DNA of 32,000 nucleotides. It comes from Candidatus Arthromitus sp. SFB-mouse-Japan (GTDB lineage: Bacteria > Bacillota > Clostridia > Clostridiales > Clostridiaceae). The notes below the pieces were generated by a model. That model saw only the letters and a program-made list of their open reading frames with translations, ran no database searches and was not told the DNA's origin. This document shows, one piece after another, positions 1-7,820 of this stretch. The position numbers and the translations under genes were made by a program. How positions within the stretch are numbered: the stretch's first letter is position 1; each line of letters starts with the position of its first letter. The DNA lies in contig NC_015913.1 of assembly GCF_000270205.1 (NCBI RefSeq), positions 330,001 to 362,000 of the forward strand, given 5' to 3'.

Positions 1-1
1 T

Positions 2-853
2 AATGATGGTTTTGGAGATATAGTAAATGCATTGTTTAATGAACAGAAGTTCTTATCGAGCAATGATGTATTATTTGATCCAAATTTGCTTAAAACTAGT
101 ATATTTATGCTCGTTGTTGGAGGAGGATTAAATACATTTTCTTCTTATATATCTAGCCAAGATGTTGTTCAAAGATTTACAACTACAACAGATATAAAGA
201 AATTGAATAAAATGACATATGCAAATGGAATATTGTCTATTGGTGTTGCAACGTTATTTTATTTAATAGGTACAGCATTATTTGTATTTTATAGACAGAA
301 TCCAAATTTCTTGGTAGATGTTGCTCAAGATCAAATTTATGCGTCTTTTATAGCATATCAACTACCGGTGGGTATAACAGGATTACTATTAGCCGCTATA
401 TATGCAGCATCTCAGTCTACTTTATCCACAGGATTAAACTCAGTTGCAACGAGCTGGACATTAGATATACAAAATTATATAACTAAGGGTCTTAGTTTTA
501 AAGCTCAAACTAAAATTGCTCAATTAGTTTCGCTATTGGTTGGAGTTGTTTCTGTAATCGTTGCGATGATTCTTGCAACAAGTGAAATTAATTCGGCATA
601 TGAATGGTTTAATGGATTTGTTGGAGCTGTTCTTGGGGTTTTAGCGGGAATATTTGTACTTGGAGTTATATGTAAAAATGCAACGAAAATATCTGCTTAT
701 TTGGGATTTATTACTGCAACAATAATTGTACTTTCACTCAAATATATGAATTTAAATATTGAAGTGTCTATATGGGCATATTCGCTTATAACTATAGTTG
801 TGACTGTAGGAGTTGGGTTTGTAGTTAGTTTATTTAATCGAAAAAATAATTAA
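2..853 (+). CDS. Sodium:solute symporter (SSS) family transporter, C-terminal part; 5' end lies outside the window
   Basis: The frame is open from base 2, with no stop before the listed TTG at 32, so the gene is cut by the window edge. The sequence is polytopic and hydrophobic with SSS-like helices (AAIYAASQSTLSTGLNSVATSW). It is followed by a terminator hairpin. Confidence 0.6.
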   Translation, partial: NDGFGDIVNALFNEQKFLSSNDVLFDPNLLKTSIFMLVVGGGLNTFSSYISSQDVVQRFTTTTDIKKLNKMTYANGILSIGVATLFYLIGTALFVFYRQNPNFLVDVAQDQIYASFIAYQLPVGITGLLLAAIYAASQSTLSTGLNSVATSWTLDIQNYITKGLSFKAQTKIAQLVSLLVGVVSVIVAMILATSEINSAYEWFNGFVGAVLGVLAGIFVLGVICKNATKISAYLGFITATIIVLSLKYMNLNIEVSIWAYSLITIVVTVGVGFVVSLFNRKNN

Positions 854-871
854 ATATAAAAATAAAAATTT

Positions 872-910
872 ATGGATATTCTAGAAATAAGTGAATATCC
901 ATTTTATTAT
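872..910 (+). terminator. Rho-independent terminator after the symporter gene
   Basis: A 9-bp stem, TGGATATTC (873-881) / GAATATCCA (893-901), is followed by TTTTATT. Confidence 0.6.
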
Positions 911-970
911 TTACTAAAAAATTCTTAGAGATTATACTATAAAAATAATTAAATTGGAGGTAGTAAAGTT

Positions 971-1909
971 ATGGATTTGAAATATTGTTTATCATTTGAT
1001 ATAGGTGGAACATTTATAAAATATGCTATTATTGATAATGAAGGAGTAATCCATGAAAAAGATAAGATTAATACGCCTGGATATCCAGCACGAGAGACTA
1101 TACCTGCTGCATTAATTGATATATTTGAAAAATTAAAATTAAAATTTAACATCATTTGTGTAGGAGTATCCACAGCAGGTCAAGTAGATGTTGATAAATG
1201 TGAAGTAATATATGCAACAGATAATATACCAGGATATATTGGGACTAATTTTAGAGATATTTTAGCAAAGAAATTTAATTTAGATGTGTTTGCAGATAAC
1301 GATGTTAATTCAGCAGCTATTGGGGAAATGTGGCTCGGAAGTGCTAAAGATGCTAAAAACTTTTTATGTATGACATTGGGAACTGGAGTTGGTGGTGCTA
1401 TTATAATAGATAATAAATTGCATAGAGGTAATAATTATTCAGCAGGTGAGATAGGACATTTTATTATTTTTCCAAATGGAGATAAATGTACTTGTGGTTT
1501 GAATGGATGTTATGAAAGATATGCCTCTACATCTGCTTTAATTAAGATGTATAAGGAAGAATTGATTAAAAATAATATGATATGTAAAGATAATTATACG
1601 GGTGAGTACATAGTTGATTTGTGTTATAGGGGGGATAGTATAGCCAGTTCAGTTTATAATAGATTTTTAGATTACATAGCATATGGTATAGCAAATTTAG
1701 TTCATATTTTAGATATTGGACTTGTAATAGTTGGTGGCGGTATATCAGAACAAGGAGATTTATTTTTTAATGAAATAAATAATAGGTTTAAGAAATATGT
1801 ACTTAATGTTTATAAGAATGGTACTATAATAAAACAGGCTGGACTCAAAAATGATGCTGGAGTTATTGGTGCAGCTTTTAATACATTTTCCTATATAAAT
1901 ATTATGTAA
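971..1909 (+). CDS. ROK-family sugar kinase (glucokinase / N-acetylhexosamine kinase-like)
   Basis: N-terminal DIGGT phosphate-1 motif. ROK zinc motif CTCGLNGCYERYAS. C-terminal VGGGIS and GVIGAA. RBS GGAGG lies 9 nt upstream of the ATG. Confidence 0.85.
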   Translation: MDLKYCLSFDIGGTFIKYAIIDNEGVIHEKDKINTPGYPARETIPAALIDIFEKLKLKFNIICVGVSTAGQVDVDKCEVIYATDNIPGYIGTNFRDILAKKFNLDVFADNDVNSAAIGEMWLGSAKDAKNFLCMTLGTGVGGAIIIDNKLHRGNNYSAGEIGHFIIFPNGDKCTCGLNGCYERYASTSALIKMYKEELIKNNMICKDNYTGEYIVDLCYRGDSIASSVYNRFLDYIAYGIANLVHILDIGLVIVGGGISEQGDLFFNEINNRFKKYVLNVYKNGTIIKQAGLKNDAGVIGAAFNTFSYINIM

Positions 1910-1933
1910 TTTATAGAATTTTGGAGGTATAAA

Positions 1934-2485
1934 GTGGAAATTTTATTGATTCCAATAGCACTAGCTTTAGATGCTTTTGGCGTAGCATTAAGTTTAGGGT
2001 TTTCTAATAAATATAAATTCAAACAACTTATGTTATTTTGCTTGAGTTTTGGATTTTTTCAATTTTTATTTTCCTTTATGGGAGGAGTTTGTGGAGAATT
2101 AGTAAATTCATATATTTTAGCGATTCCTAAGTTATTTGGTGGAATTGTAATTTTAATTGTAGGAATACTAATGTTCAAAGAGGCTATGTCGCATTGTGAT
2201 GAGGATGATTATGAAGATAAAAAATTATTTAATAATTTATATATAACTCTTGGTATATCTGTTAGTATAGACGCATTAGTTGTTGGATTTACAGCGTATA
2301 ATTTACATAATTTAAGTTTAATATTTTTAAATACACTTTTGGTTGGAATTGTAACATTAATTTTATCAATGTTTGCAGTGGTTTTATCTATGCATTTAAA
2401 GAAGATAAAAATTATAACAAAGTATGCTGATTTTTTGGGAGGAGTTTTGCTTATATTATTTGGTCTTAAAATGATCTTTTTTTAG
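1934..2485 (+). CDS. mntP: Manganese efflux pump MntP (DUF204 family)
   Basis: 183 aa with two repeated DUF204 halves (ALALDAFGVALSLG and SVSIDALVVGF), six hydrophobic segments and an acidic central loop. GTG start with GGAGG 6 nt upstream. Confidence 0.8.
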   Translation: MEILLIPIALALDAFGVALSLGFSNKYKFKQLMLFCLSFGFFQFLFSFMGGVCGELVNSYILAIPKLFGGIVILIVGILMFKEAMSHCDEDDYEDKKLFNNLYITLGISVSIDALVVGFTAYNLHNLSLIFLNTLLVGIVTLILSMFAVVLSMHLKKIKIITKYADFLGGVLLILFGLKMIFF

Positions 2486-2558
2486 ATTTAAGGTATATTT
2501 ATTCAACAGGAAATTAAAATGGTATTTATTAAGAATGTAGAGTAAAATACAATAAATA

Positions 2559-2567
2559 TGTTATAAT
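2559..2567 (+). promoter_or_regulatory. Extended -10 promoter element (TGtTATAAT) upstream of the Fur-family gene
   Basis: Perfect TGnTATAAT about 60 nt upstream of the ATG at 2628. There is no good -35. Confidence 0.3.
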
Positions 2568-2627
2568 TTATAAAATGATTAGTAAGAATTTAAAATTGTA
2601 AGTCTAATGATCTAGAGGTAGTTGTTT

Positions 2628-3044
2628 ATGGAATATATAGATATTTTAAATAAGGTAGGATTAAAGGTGACAAAATCTAGAAGTGTTGTTTTAAGCATAT
2701 TTGAGAATGCCGATAGGATTTTAAATGTATCTGAAATTTATGATGTATGCAGGGATAGAGGTTTTGCCATAAATTTATCTACTATATATAGAACATGTGA
2801 AACATTTTCTGAAAAAAGGATATTGGATAAGGTTATTGGTAATGATAGAGTGAGTGGATATAGGCTTTCTATAAGATCTCATGTACACGAGATAAAGTGT
2901 AGTTTTTGTAATAAAATCGTACAGATAACGTGTCCATTTAATATTTTAAGGCAATACATAGAGAATAATACCGGGTTTACTTTGACAAAGCATAGTATAG
3001 ATATAGCTGGTATATGTGACGAATGTAAAAAAAACAAGAGCTAA
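2628..3044 (+). CDS. Fur-family metalloregulator (Zur-like by genomic context)
   Basis: Winged-helix N-terminus (LKVTKSRSVVLSIF...STIYRTCETF). HxH region (SHVHEIKC). Two CxxC pairs (CSFCNK, CDECKK). Convergent with the zinc-type ABC genes. The ATG at 2628 has GAGGT upstream; the listed TTG at 2622 is less likely. Confidence 0.8.
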   Translation: MEYIDILNKVGLKVTKSRSVVLSIFENADRILNVSEIYDVCRDRGFAINLSTIYRTCETFSEKRILDKVIGNDRVSGYRLSIRSHVHEIKCSFCNKIVQITCPFNILRQYIENNTGFTLTKHSIDIAGICDECKKNKS

Positions 3045-3063
3045 TATTAGTTCTTGTTTTTTG
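3027..3063. terminator. Bidirectional terminator shared by the convergent Fur-family and permease genes
   Basis: A-run, then stem AACAAGAGCT / AGTTCTTGTT (one mismatch), then T-run. It overlaps both stop codons (3042-3044 and 3047-3049). Confidence 0.5.
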
Positions 3064-3838
3064 TTATTATAAGACAAATTATTAAAATTGTTATGGAAGT
3101 GAGAGCTATTGTACCACCGGGCGCTGTATTTAGATGATAGGATAAAAAAAGCCCTAAAATAACGCACATAATTCCTAAAATAATTGAAATTAATATTGTC
3201 TTGGAGAATCCTTTTTTAAATCTAAATGCTGCTGCCACAGGTATAATCATAATTGATGATACTACAAGTAACCCAACGACTTTTATGGATGCAGATATTG
3301 TTAAGCTTAGCAATATGGAAAATAAAATATTATAAAATGACGTGTTAAATTTAGATATTCGAGAGAAATCTTCATCTAGTATTATTAAGGTAAATTTCTT
3401 GTAGTGAATTATTAATGTTATTAATACAATTAAGCTTGTACATATTATAAACATTAAGTCTTTTTTATTTAGCGTTAGTATACTTCCGAATATAATGCTT
3501 TCTATATTTATGTTGACAAGACTACTACTCGATATGATTATAGCTATGCCTAAACTTAAAGTTAGAATTATAGAGAGGGATATTTCTGAAAAATTCTTAT
3601 AATAGTTTCTTAGGTATTCAATGAGAATAGCACAAATTATAGTGTATCCTATTGATACAAGTAATGAATTAATGCCTAGTATGTACGATAATGCAACGCC
3701 AGCGAAAGAAGCATGGGATAGTGTATCACTTATATATGAGTATCTCTTAAGAACGATAAAATTTCCTATAAATGGACATATTATGGATATAAAGAATCCT
3801 GCAATAAATGCATTTCGTATAAATTCATATTTAAACAC
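3047..3838 (-). CDS. Metal (zinc/manganese-type) ABC transporter permease, ABC-3/ZnuB family
   Basis: Polytopic protein with the ZnuB-like signature LKRYSYISDTLSHASFAGVA. The probable GTG start at 3838 overlaps the upstream ATPase stop (GTGTTTAA). The listed ORF start at 3910 would overlap that ATPase by 80 nt. Confidence 0.8.
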   Translation of the reverse strand: MFKYEFIRNAFIAGFFISIICPFIGNFIVLKRYSYISDTLSHASFAGVALSYILGINSLLVSIGYTIICAILIEYLRNYYKNFSEISLSIILTLSLGIAIIISSSSLVNINIESIIFGSILTLNKKDLMFIICTSLIVLITLIIHYKKFTLIILDEDFSRISKFNTSFYNILFSILLSLTISASIKVVGLLVVSSIMIIPVAAAFRFKKGFSKTILISIILGIMCVILGLFLSYHLNTAPGGTIALTSITILIICLIITKNKN

Positions 3839-4499
3839 GATATATTGAACCCTCTTTAACCAAAAATACTTTGTTAGCGTAACTATTTGAAAAATCCTTA
3901 TTATGTTCAACTACAACAATCGTTATATTGCTAGATACATTTAATTCTTTTAAATTATCATATATCATAGATTTACTGTTTTCATCTAAGTTGTTTGTAG
4001 GCTCATCTACTATTAATAAATCTGTTTTTTTAAGAAGTGATCTTATTAGCATTAGTTTTTGCAATTGACCGCCAGATAGTTTTCCAATTAATGAGTTTAG
4101 ATTATCTATTAAATCGTATTTTTTACATAAGTTAGTGACATGAGAAAATGGTACATTCAATTCTTTAGCATTATATTTTAAAAATTCTTTGACAGTTATA
4201 GGAAAATCTTTGTTAAAGTTAAATATTTGAGGAATATAGGATACATTTTTGGTTTCTATGTTTATATTAAAATTTTTATTTTTTATTAGATTTAGCATGA
4301 GTCTAAGCAGGGTACTTTTACCGCATCCATTTTTTCCTATTATGCATGCAAAATCTCCTCTATTTATAGATAGATTTGCACCTTTGAAAATATATTTTGA
4401 GTTATCATAACTGAAGGTTAAGTTTTCAATATTTATAATTTGATCTGAAGAAATATTTTTATTAATCATAAAATCATTTACACCTGCAATATTTAACAT
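3831..4499 (-). CDS. Metal ABC transporter ATP-binding protein (ZnuC-like)
   Basis: Walker A GKNGCGKST, ABC signature LSGGQLQK and Walker B LLIVDEPTNNLD. The ATG at 4499 has GAGG 6 nt upstream; the listed start is 4511. Confidence 0.85.
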   Translation of the reverse strand: MLNIAGVNDFMINKNISSDQIINIENLTFSYDNSKYIFKGANLSINRGDFACIIGKNGCGKSTLLRLMLNLIKNKNFNINIETKNVSYIPQIFNFNKDFPITVKEFLKYNAKELNVPFSHVTNLCKKYDLIDNLNSLIGKLSGGQLQKLMLIRSLLKKTDLLIVDEPTNNLDENSKSMIYDNLKELNVSSNITIVVVEHNKDFSNSYANKVFLVKEGSIYRV

Positions 4500-4519
4500 A
4501 AAAAACCTCATCTATATTA

Positions 4520-4575
4520 TTGACACTTAATATTTTTATATGTATTATAAACTTAATGCGATTCGTTTGCAATAA
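4520..4575. promoter_or_regulatory. Face-to-face divergent promoters of the metal-ABC genes, with a candidate metalloregulator operator
   Basis: Plus strand: TTGACA (4520-4525), 17 nt, then TATTAT (4543-4548, preceded by TG). Minus strand: TTGCAA (4567-4572), 17 nt, then TATAAT (4549-4544). The two -10 boxes overlap. The imperfectly symmetric TAATGCGATTCGTTTGCAATA (4554-4574) sits in the minus-strand spacer and over the plus-strand +1 region. The operator assignment is weak. Confidence 0.4.
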
Positions 4576-4608
4576 AAATATATTAAGTTATAGGGGTTTA
4601 ATTGTTAT

Positions 4609-5490
4609 ATGGGTAAAATGAAGAACATTATTTTGGGACTAGGTATTTTATTATTTGTATCTTGTACAAGCCAAATTGAAAAAGAAGGTATAAGTGTTGT
4701 TACAAGTTTAAATCCTAATTATAATCTTATTAAATACATAGCTCAAGATAAGGTTAGTGTATATAATATTTCATTTAGTGGAGATTCTCATAATTTTGAA
4801 TTTACTCCTCAAGATATTAAAAATGTTCAGGATTCAGATATGGTTTTTTATAATGGATTAGGTATTGATGATAAGATTTTAGAATTGAGTGATGATAAAA
4901 ATAAATTTGTACAAACGACTAAAGATGCAAATTTAATAAGTTTGGAAGATGAACATCATAATGATCATGATTCACATAATTATGATCATGGGGAATATGA
5001 TCCGCATGTATGGTTGAGTATAAATGAATACAAGACTATGGGTAAAGTTGTATTAGATAGTCTTATTTTACTTGATCCTGATAATAAAGATTTTTATACC
5101 AATAATTTTACGAGTTTTAGCAAAAGAATTGATGATATATATAATTCATATATAAATGATTTTAAACTTGTAACTAATAAAGAATTTGTAAGTAATCATG
5201 CATCTTATGGGTATTTAGCAAGAGATTTTGGATTAGTAAATAGTAGTTTATATGATGTGAATAATCATGGTGAAGTAAATCCTAAAAATTTACAAGATAT
5301 AATAGATATAGTTAAACAAAAGAATGTGAAACTTATTATAGGGGATAAATATGAGTCTAATAAAGAACTTGAGACTATATCTAATGAAACAAATATTACA
5401 TATAAAGTTGTTAATAATCTAGAGAGTCAAGGAGATTATTTTACTGAATATGAAGAATTATTAAGTTCAATTTATGATGGATTAAGGTAG
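4609..5490 (+). CDS. Metal ABC substrate-binding lipoprotein (ZnuA/AdcA-like, zinc-type His-rich loop)
   Basis: Signal peptide with lipobox LFVSC. His/Asp/Glu-rich loop EDEHHNDHDSHNYDHGEYDPH (nt 4945-5007), followed by the conserved DPHVW. Cluster-9 binding-protein layout. Confidence 0.85.
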   Translation: MGKMKNIILGLGILLFVSCTSQIEKEGISVVTSLNPNYNLIKYIAQDKVSVYNISFSGDSHNFEFTPQDIKNVQDSDMVFYNGLGIDDKILELSDDKNKFVQTTKDANLISLEDEHHNDHDSHNYDHGEYDPHVWLSINEYKTMGKVVLDSLILLDPDNKDFYTNNFTSFSKRIDDIYNSYINDFKLVTNKEFVSNHASYGYLARDFGLVNSSLYDVNNHGEVNPKNLQDIIDIVKQKNVKLIIGDKYESNKELETISNETNITYKVVNNLESQGDYFTEYEELLSSIYDGLR

Positions 5491-5498
5491 AGGTATTT

Positions 5499-5867
5499 AT
5501 GGTATTTGAGAGTTTATTACTTATAGATAAGGGGAGAGATAATTTATTTAATGATGAATTTAGGATTTATATAGAAAATTGTTTTGATAATATAATAGAA
5601 TTTTATCGTGAGGATAATAAAATATTTTTAGTTTTGGAACTAAAACAAGAGTATAGTGATTATGAGTTTGAAGATATAATATCTAAATTTCCGTATGATG
5701 AATTTGAGAATATAGGTGTAATTTCTTATCCAAAAGACGATGAATATTATCCTACTTTTATAATGGAAATGGATAATGATATTAGAGAAAATATACAATT
5801 TAAGATTGATAATTTAATGGACTTGTTTATGAAAAAGATAGTTAAAATTTATTGTAATAAAGTATAA
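5499..5867 (+). CDS. Hypothetical strongly acidic protein, co-transcribed with the binding lipoprotein
   Basis: Starts 8 nt after the lipoprotein stop, preceded by GGTAGAGG. 122 aa rich in D/E/Y/F, with no hydrophobic segment. Followed by a strong terminator. Confidence 0.55.
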   Translation: MVFESLLLIDKGRDNLFNDEFRIYIENCFDNIIEFYREDNKIFLVLELKQEYSDYEFEDIISKFPYDEFENIGVISYPKDDEYYPTFIMEMDNDIRENIQFKIDNLMDLFMKKIVKIYCNKV

Positions 5868-5890
5868 ATTAGTATAGAATATGCTATTAT

Positions 5891-5941
5891 AGCTACCTAT
5901 AACTTAAGTAGTTAACTTTAAGTTATAGGTAGCTTATTTTT
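5891..5941 (+). terminator. Rho-independent terminator (17-bp perfect stem)
   Basis: AGCTACCTATAACTTAA (5891-5907) pairs with TTAAGTTATAGGTAGCT (5918-5934), followed by TATTTTT. Confidence 0.8.
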
Positions 5942-5953
5942 AGGTGATTATTT

Positions 5954-6949
5954 ATGAAAAGAGTTCGAAACATAAAGAATATTTTAATCTCTTCTTTTGA
6001 AAATGAGATTAATTTAAATAATTTATCTATATATTCTGAAGCACATAATAGAGAGATCCATCTATATGTAAAAGAGGTGAAGGATTATGTATTATGTATA
6101 GCCTTTGCATCTTTAAATTCGTATATAAGTATGAATAGGTGTATAGATAGTTATTTTAGTTCTAAGGGTATTAAGTATAATATAATAAATATATTTATAG
6201 TTGGTGATTTATCTAATGTTAGAGACACATATTTCCAGAGTGAGCTCTATGAGGAAGCAATTTTTATTGATCAAAAATCTGGGAAAATAGAGTGTTTTAA
6301 TGTACATAGTGTAGGTTTTTTAAATATTTTAAGAAACGTAATTGAAAAACCATATTCTAGGTTTATGTCTAAGGGGAAGAGTAACCACTTGACAATGTTT
6401 ATTATTTTGATTAGCATTATAGTTTACTTTATTATGGGTAATATAAATGGTGATATAGTGTCAATTCGTGATGAAGTGTTACTTTGGGCAGGAGGTAAAA
6501 TGGATCCATATATACAAAGTGGCGAGTATATGAGGATATTTATATCACCATTTTTACATAAAAATTTTTTGCAATTATTAGTTGGGATTATAACATTATT
6601 TTTTACAGGTAGTATAGTTGAAAAAAATACTAGTAAAATTAAATATTTGATTCTTATAATACTTGGTATATTTTTCGGTAATTTTTCAAGTTATTTATTA
6701 AATTTTTCAAAAGTATTTGGAGTTGGACTATATGTAATAAATTATACTTTGATAGGGGCATTATTTGTTTTAGCGTTCAAATATAAATCAAAAGTAAATA
6801 AGTTATTTTTTGTATTTATATTTTTATTTATAGTATTAAATTTATTAAATAGTATATTTTTGAGTAACAATATAGATAACATTGGAAGTTTAGCTTCATT
6901 TATATTTGGTTTGATATTTATGAGAGGGATTGATTTGATTAAGAAGTAA
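5954..6949 (+). CDS. Rhomboid-fold membrane protein with a ~145-aa cytoplasmic N-domain; catalytic residues apparently absent
   Basis: Rhomboid core signature MRIFISPFLHKNFLQLLVGIITLFFTGSIVEK. See findings for the degenerate GxSG and AHxxG positions. RBS AGGTGA. Confidence 0.65.
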   Translation: MKRVRNIKNILISSFENEINLNNLSIYSEAHNREIHLYVKEVKDYVLCIAFASLNSYISMNRCIDSYFSSKGIKYNIINIFIVGDLSNVRDTYFQSELYEEAIFIDQKSGKIECFNVHSVGFLNILRNVIEKPYSRFMSKGKSNHLTMFIILISIIVYFIMGNINGDIVSIRDEVLLWAGGKMDPYIQSGEYMRIFISPFLHKNFLQLLVGIITLFFTGSIVEKNTSKIKYLILIILGIFFGNFSSYLLNFSKVFGVGLYVINYTLIGALFVLAFKYKSKVNKLFFVFIFLFIVLNLLNSIFLSNNIDNIGSLASFIFGLIFMRGIDLIKK

Positions 6950-6986
6950 TTTACTATAAAATTAAGTAGCATGAGGAATAATTTGT

Positions 6987-7670
6987 ATGGAAAATGAAAA
7001 TTATAATTTAGATATTGATACTATAAAGATAGATAAAGATGATATTGTTAAGAATTTAATTAAGAAAAGACCAGTTTTTACTAATAACGAAGCATTTCCA
7101 TGGCTTATGATAGGAAGTATAATTTTTTATGTATTATTTTATGTTTTATTAGTATATGGTAAAAATAATTTTGTTGATGTAGATTTGAGTTCGCTTAATT
7201 TATTTAGTGTATATACAGGATATGATATTATAAATGGAAATTATTTTGGAGTTATAACTAACATTTTTATACATAGAAGTTTGTGGGACTTAGTAAATAC
7301 AATATTTGTATTATTATTTTGTGGATTTTTTATGGAAAGATATATAAAAAGGAATGTGATAGTTTTTATTTATGTACTATCAATTATATCTTTTAATTTA
7401 ATCTCAATTTTTGTGTATCCAGACCAGTATTACTTGGGATCATTTACCATAGTTTCATCTTTGATTGGAATGTGTATATATTTTTGTTATAGATTTAGGA
7501 GATTTATATTTAAGATAGATAGATATATATATATATCTTTGATGTTTATAGGTTTTTTTATAAGTTATATGGTAGATTTTTATAGTATTTTGCAGTTTTT
7601 AGTTTCATATTTAATTGGTATATTTGTAATGTTTGTTTTAGATACTAAATGTTTAAGAAATAATAAATAG
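6987..7670 (+). CDS. Second rhomboid-fold membrane protein; catalytic residues apparently absent
   Basis: Signature TNIFIHRSLWDLVNTIFVLLFCGFFMERY, plus further hydrophobic helices. RBS GAGGAA. Lies 37 nt after the previous gene. Confidence 0.6.
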   Translation: MENENYNLDIDTIKIDKDDIVKNLIKKRPVFTNNEAFPWLMIGSIIFYVLFYVLLVYGKNNFVDVDLSSLNLFSVYTGYDIINGNYFGVITNIFIHRSLWDLVNTIFVLLFCGFFMERYIKRNVIVFIYVLSIISFNLISIFVYPDQYYLGSFTIVSSLIGMCIYFCYRFRRFIFKIDRYIYISLMFIGFFISYMVDFYSILQFLVSYLIGIFVMFVLDTKCLRNNK

Positions 7671-7820
7671 TAATCGGTATTATATAGTATATTGATTTAT
7701 TAACCTTAATAAGTTGAGCAGTTTTGTATTATTTTGATAGACTTTAAGGTTTGCTTAAAATTATTTTTAATAGAATTTTATATTATTAATGTTAACTAGT
7801 TGATTTTGAGGAGTGATATT

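Noticed and set aside
949-1173. A 74-aa minus-strand ORF overlapping the start of the ROK kinase gene.
   Set aside because: It is antisense to a CDS with clear family motifs. It has no RBS, and its composition is typical of chance open frames in AT-rich DNA.
1910-1933. I looked for a yybP-ykoY Mn2+ riboswitch, which often precedes mntP.
   Set aside because: Only 24 nt separate the ROK stop from the mntP start, so there is no room for a riboswitch. mntP is probably co-transcribed with the kinase gene.
2552-2567. An identical 16-mer, ATAAATATGTTATAAT, occurs here and at 9697-9712.
   Set aside because: Both copies are simply extended -10 promoters (TGnTATAAT) with an A/T-rich upstream flank. 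The similarity does not extend further, so this is not a repeat element.
2946-3848. Listed ORFs 2946-3167 (-) and 3621-3848 (+), overlapping the Fur-family gene end and the ABC permease.
   Set aside because: They are out-of-frame or antisense overlaps with well-supported genes. They have no RBS and no recognisable motifs.
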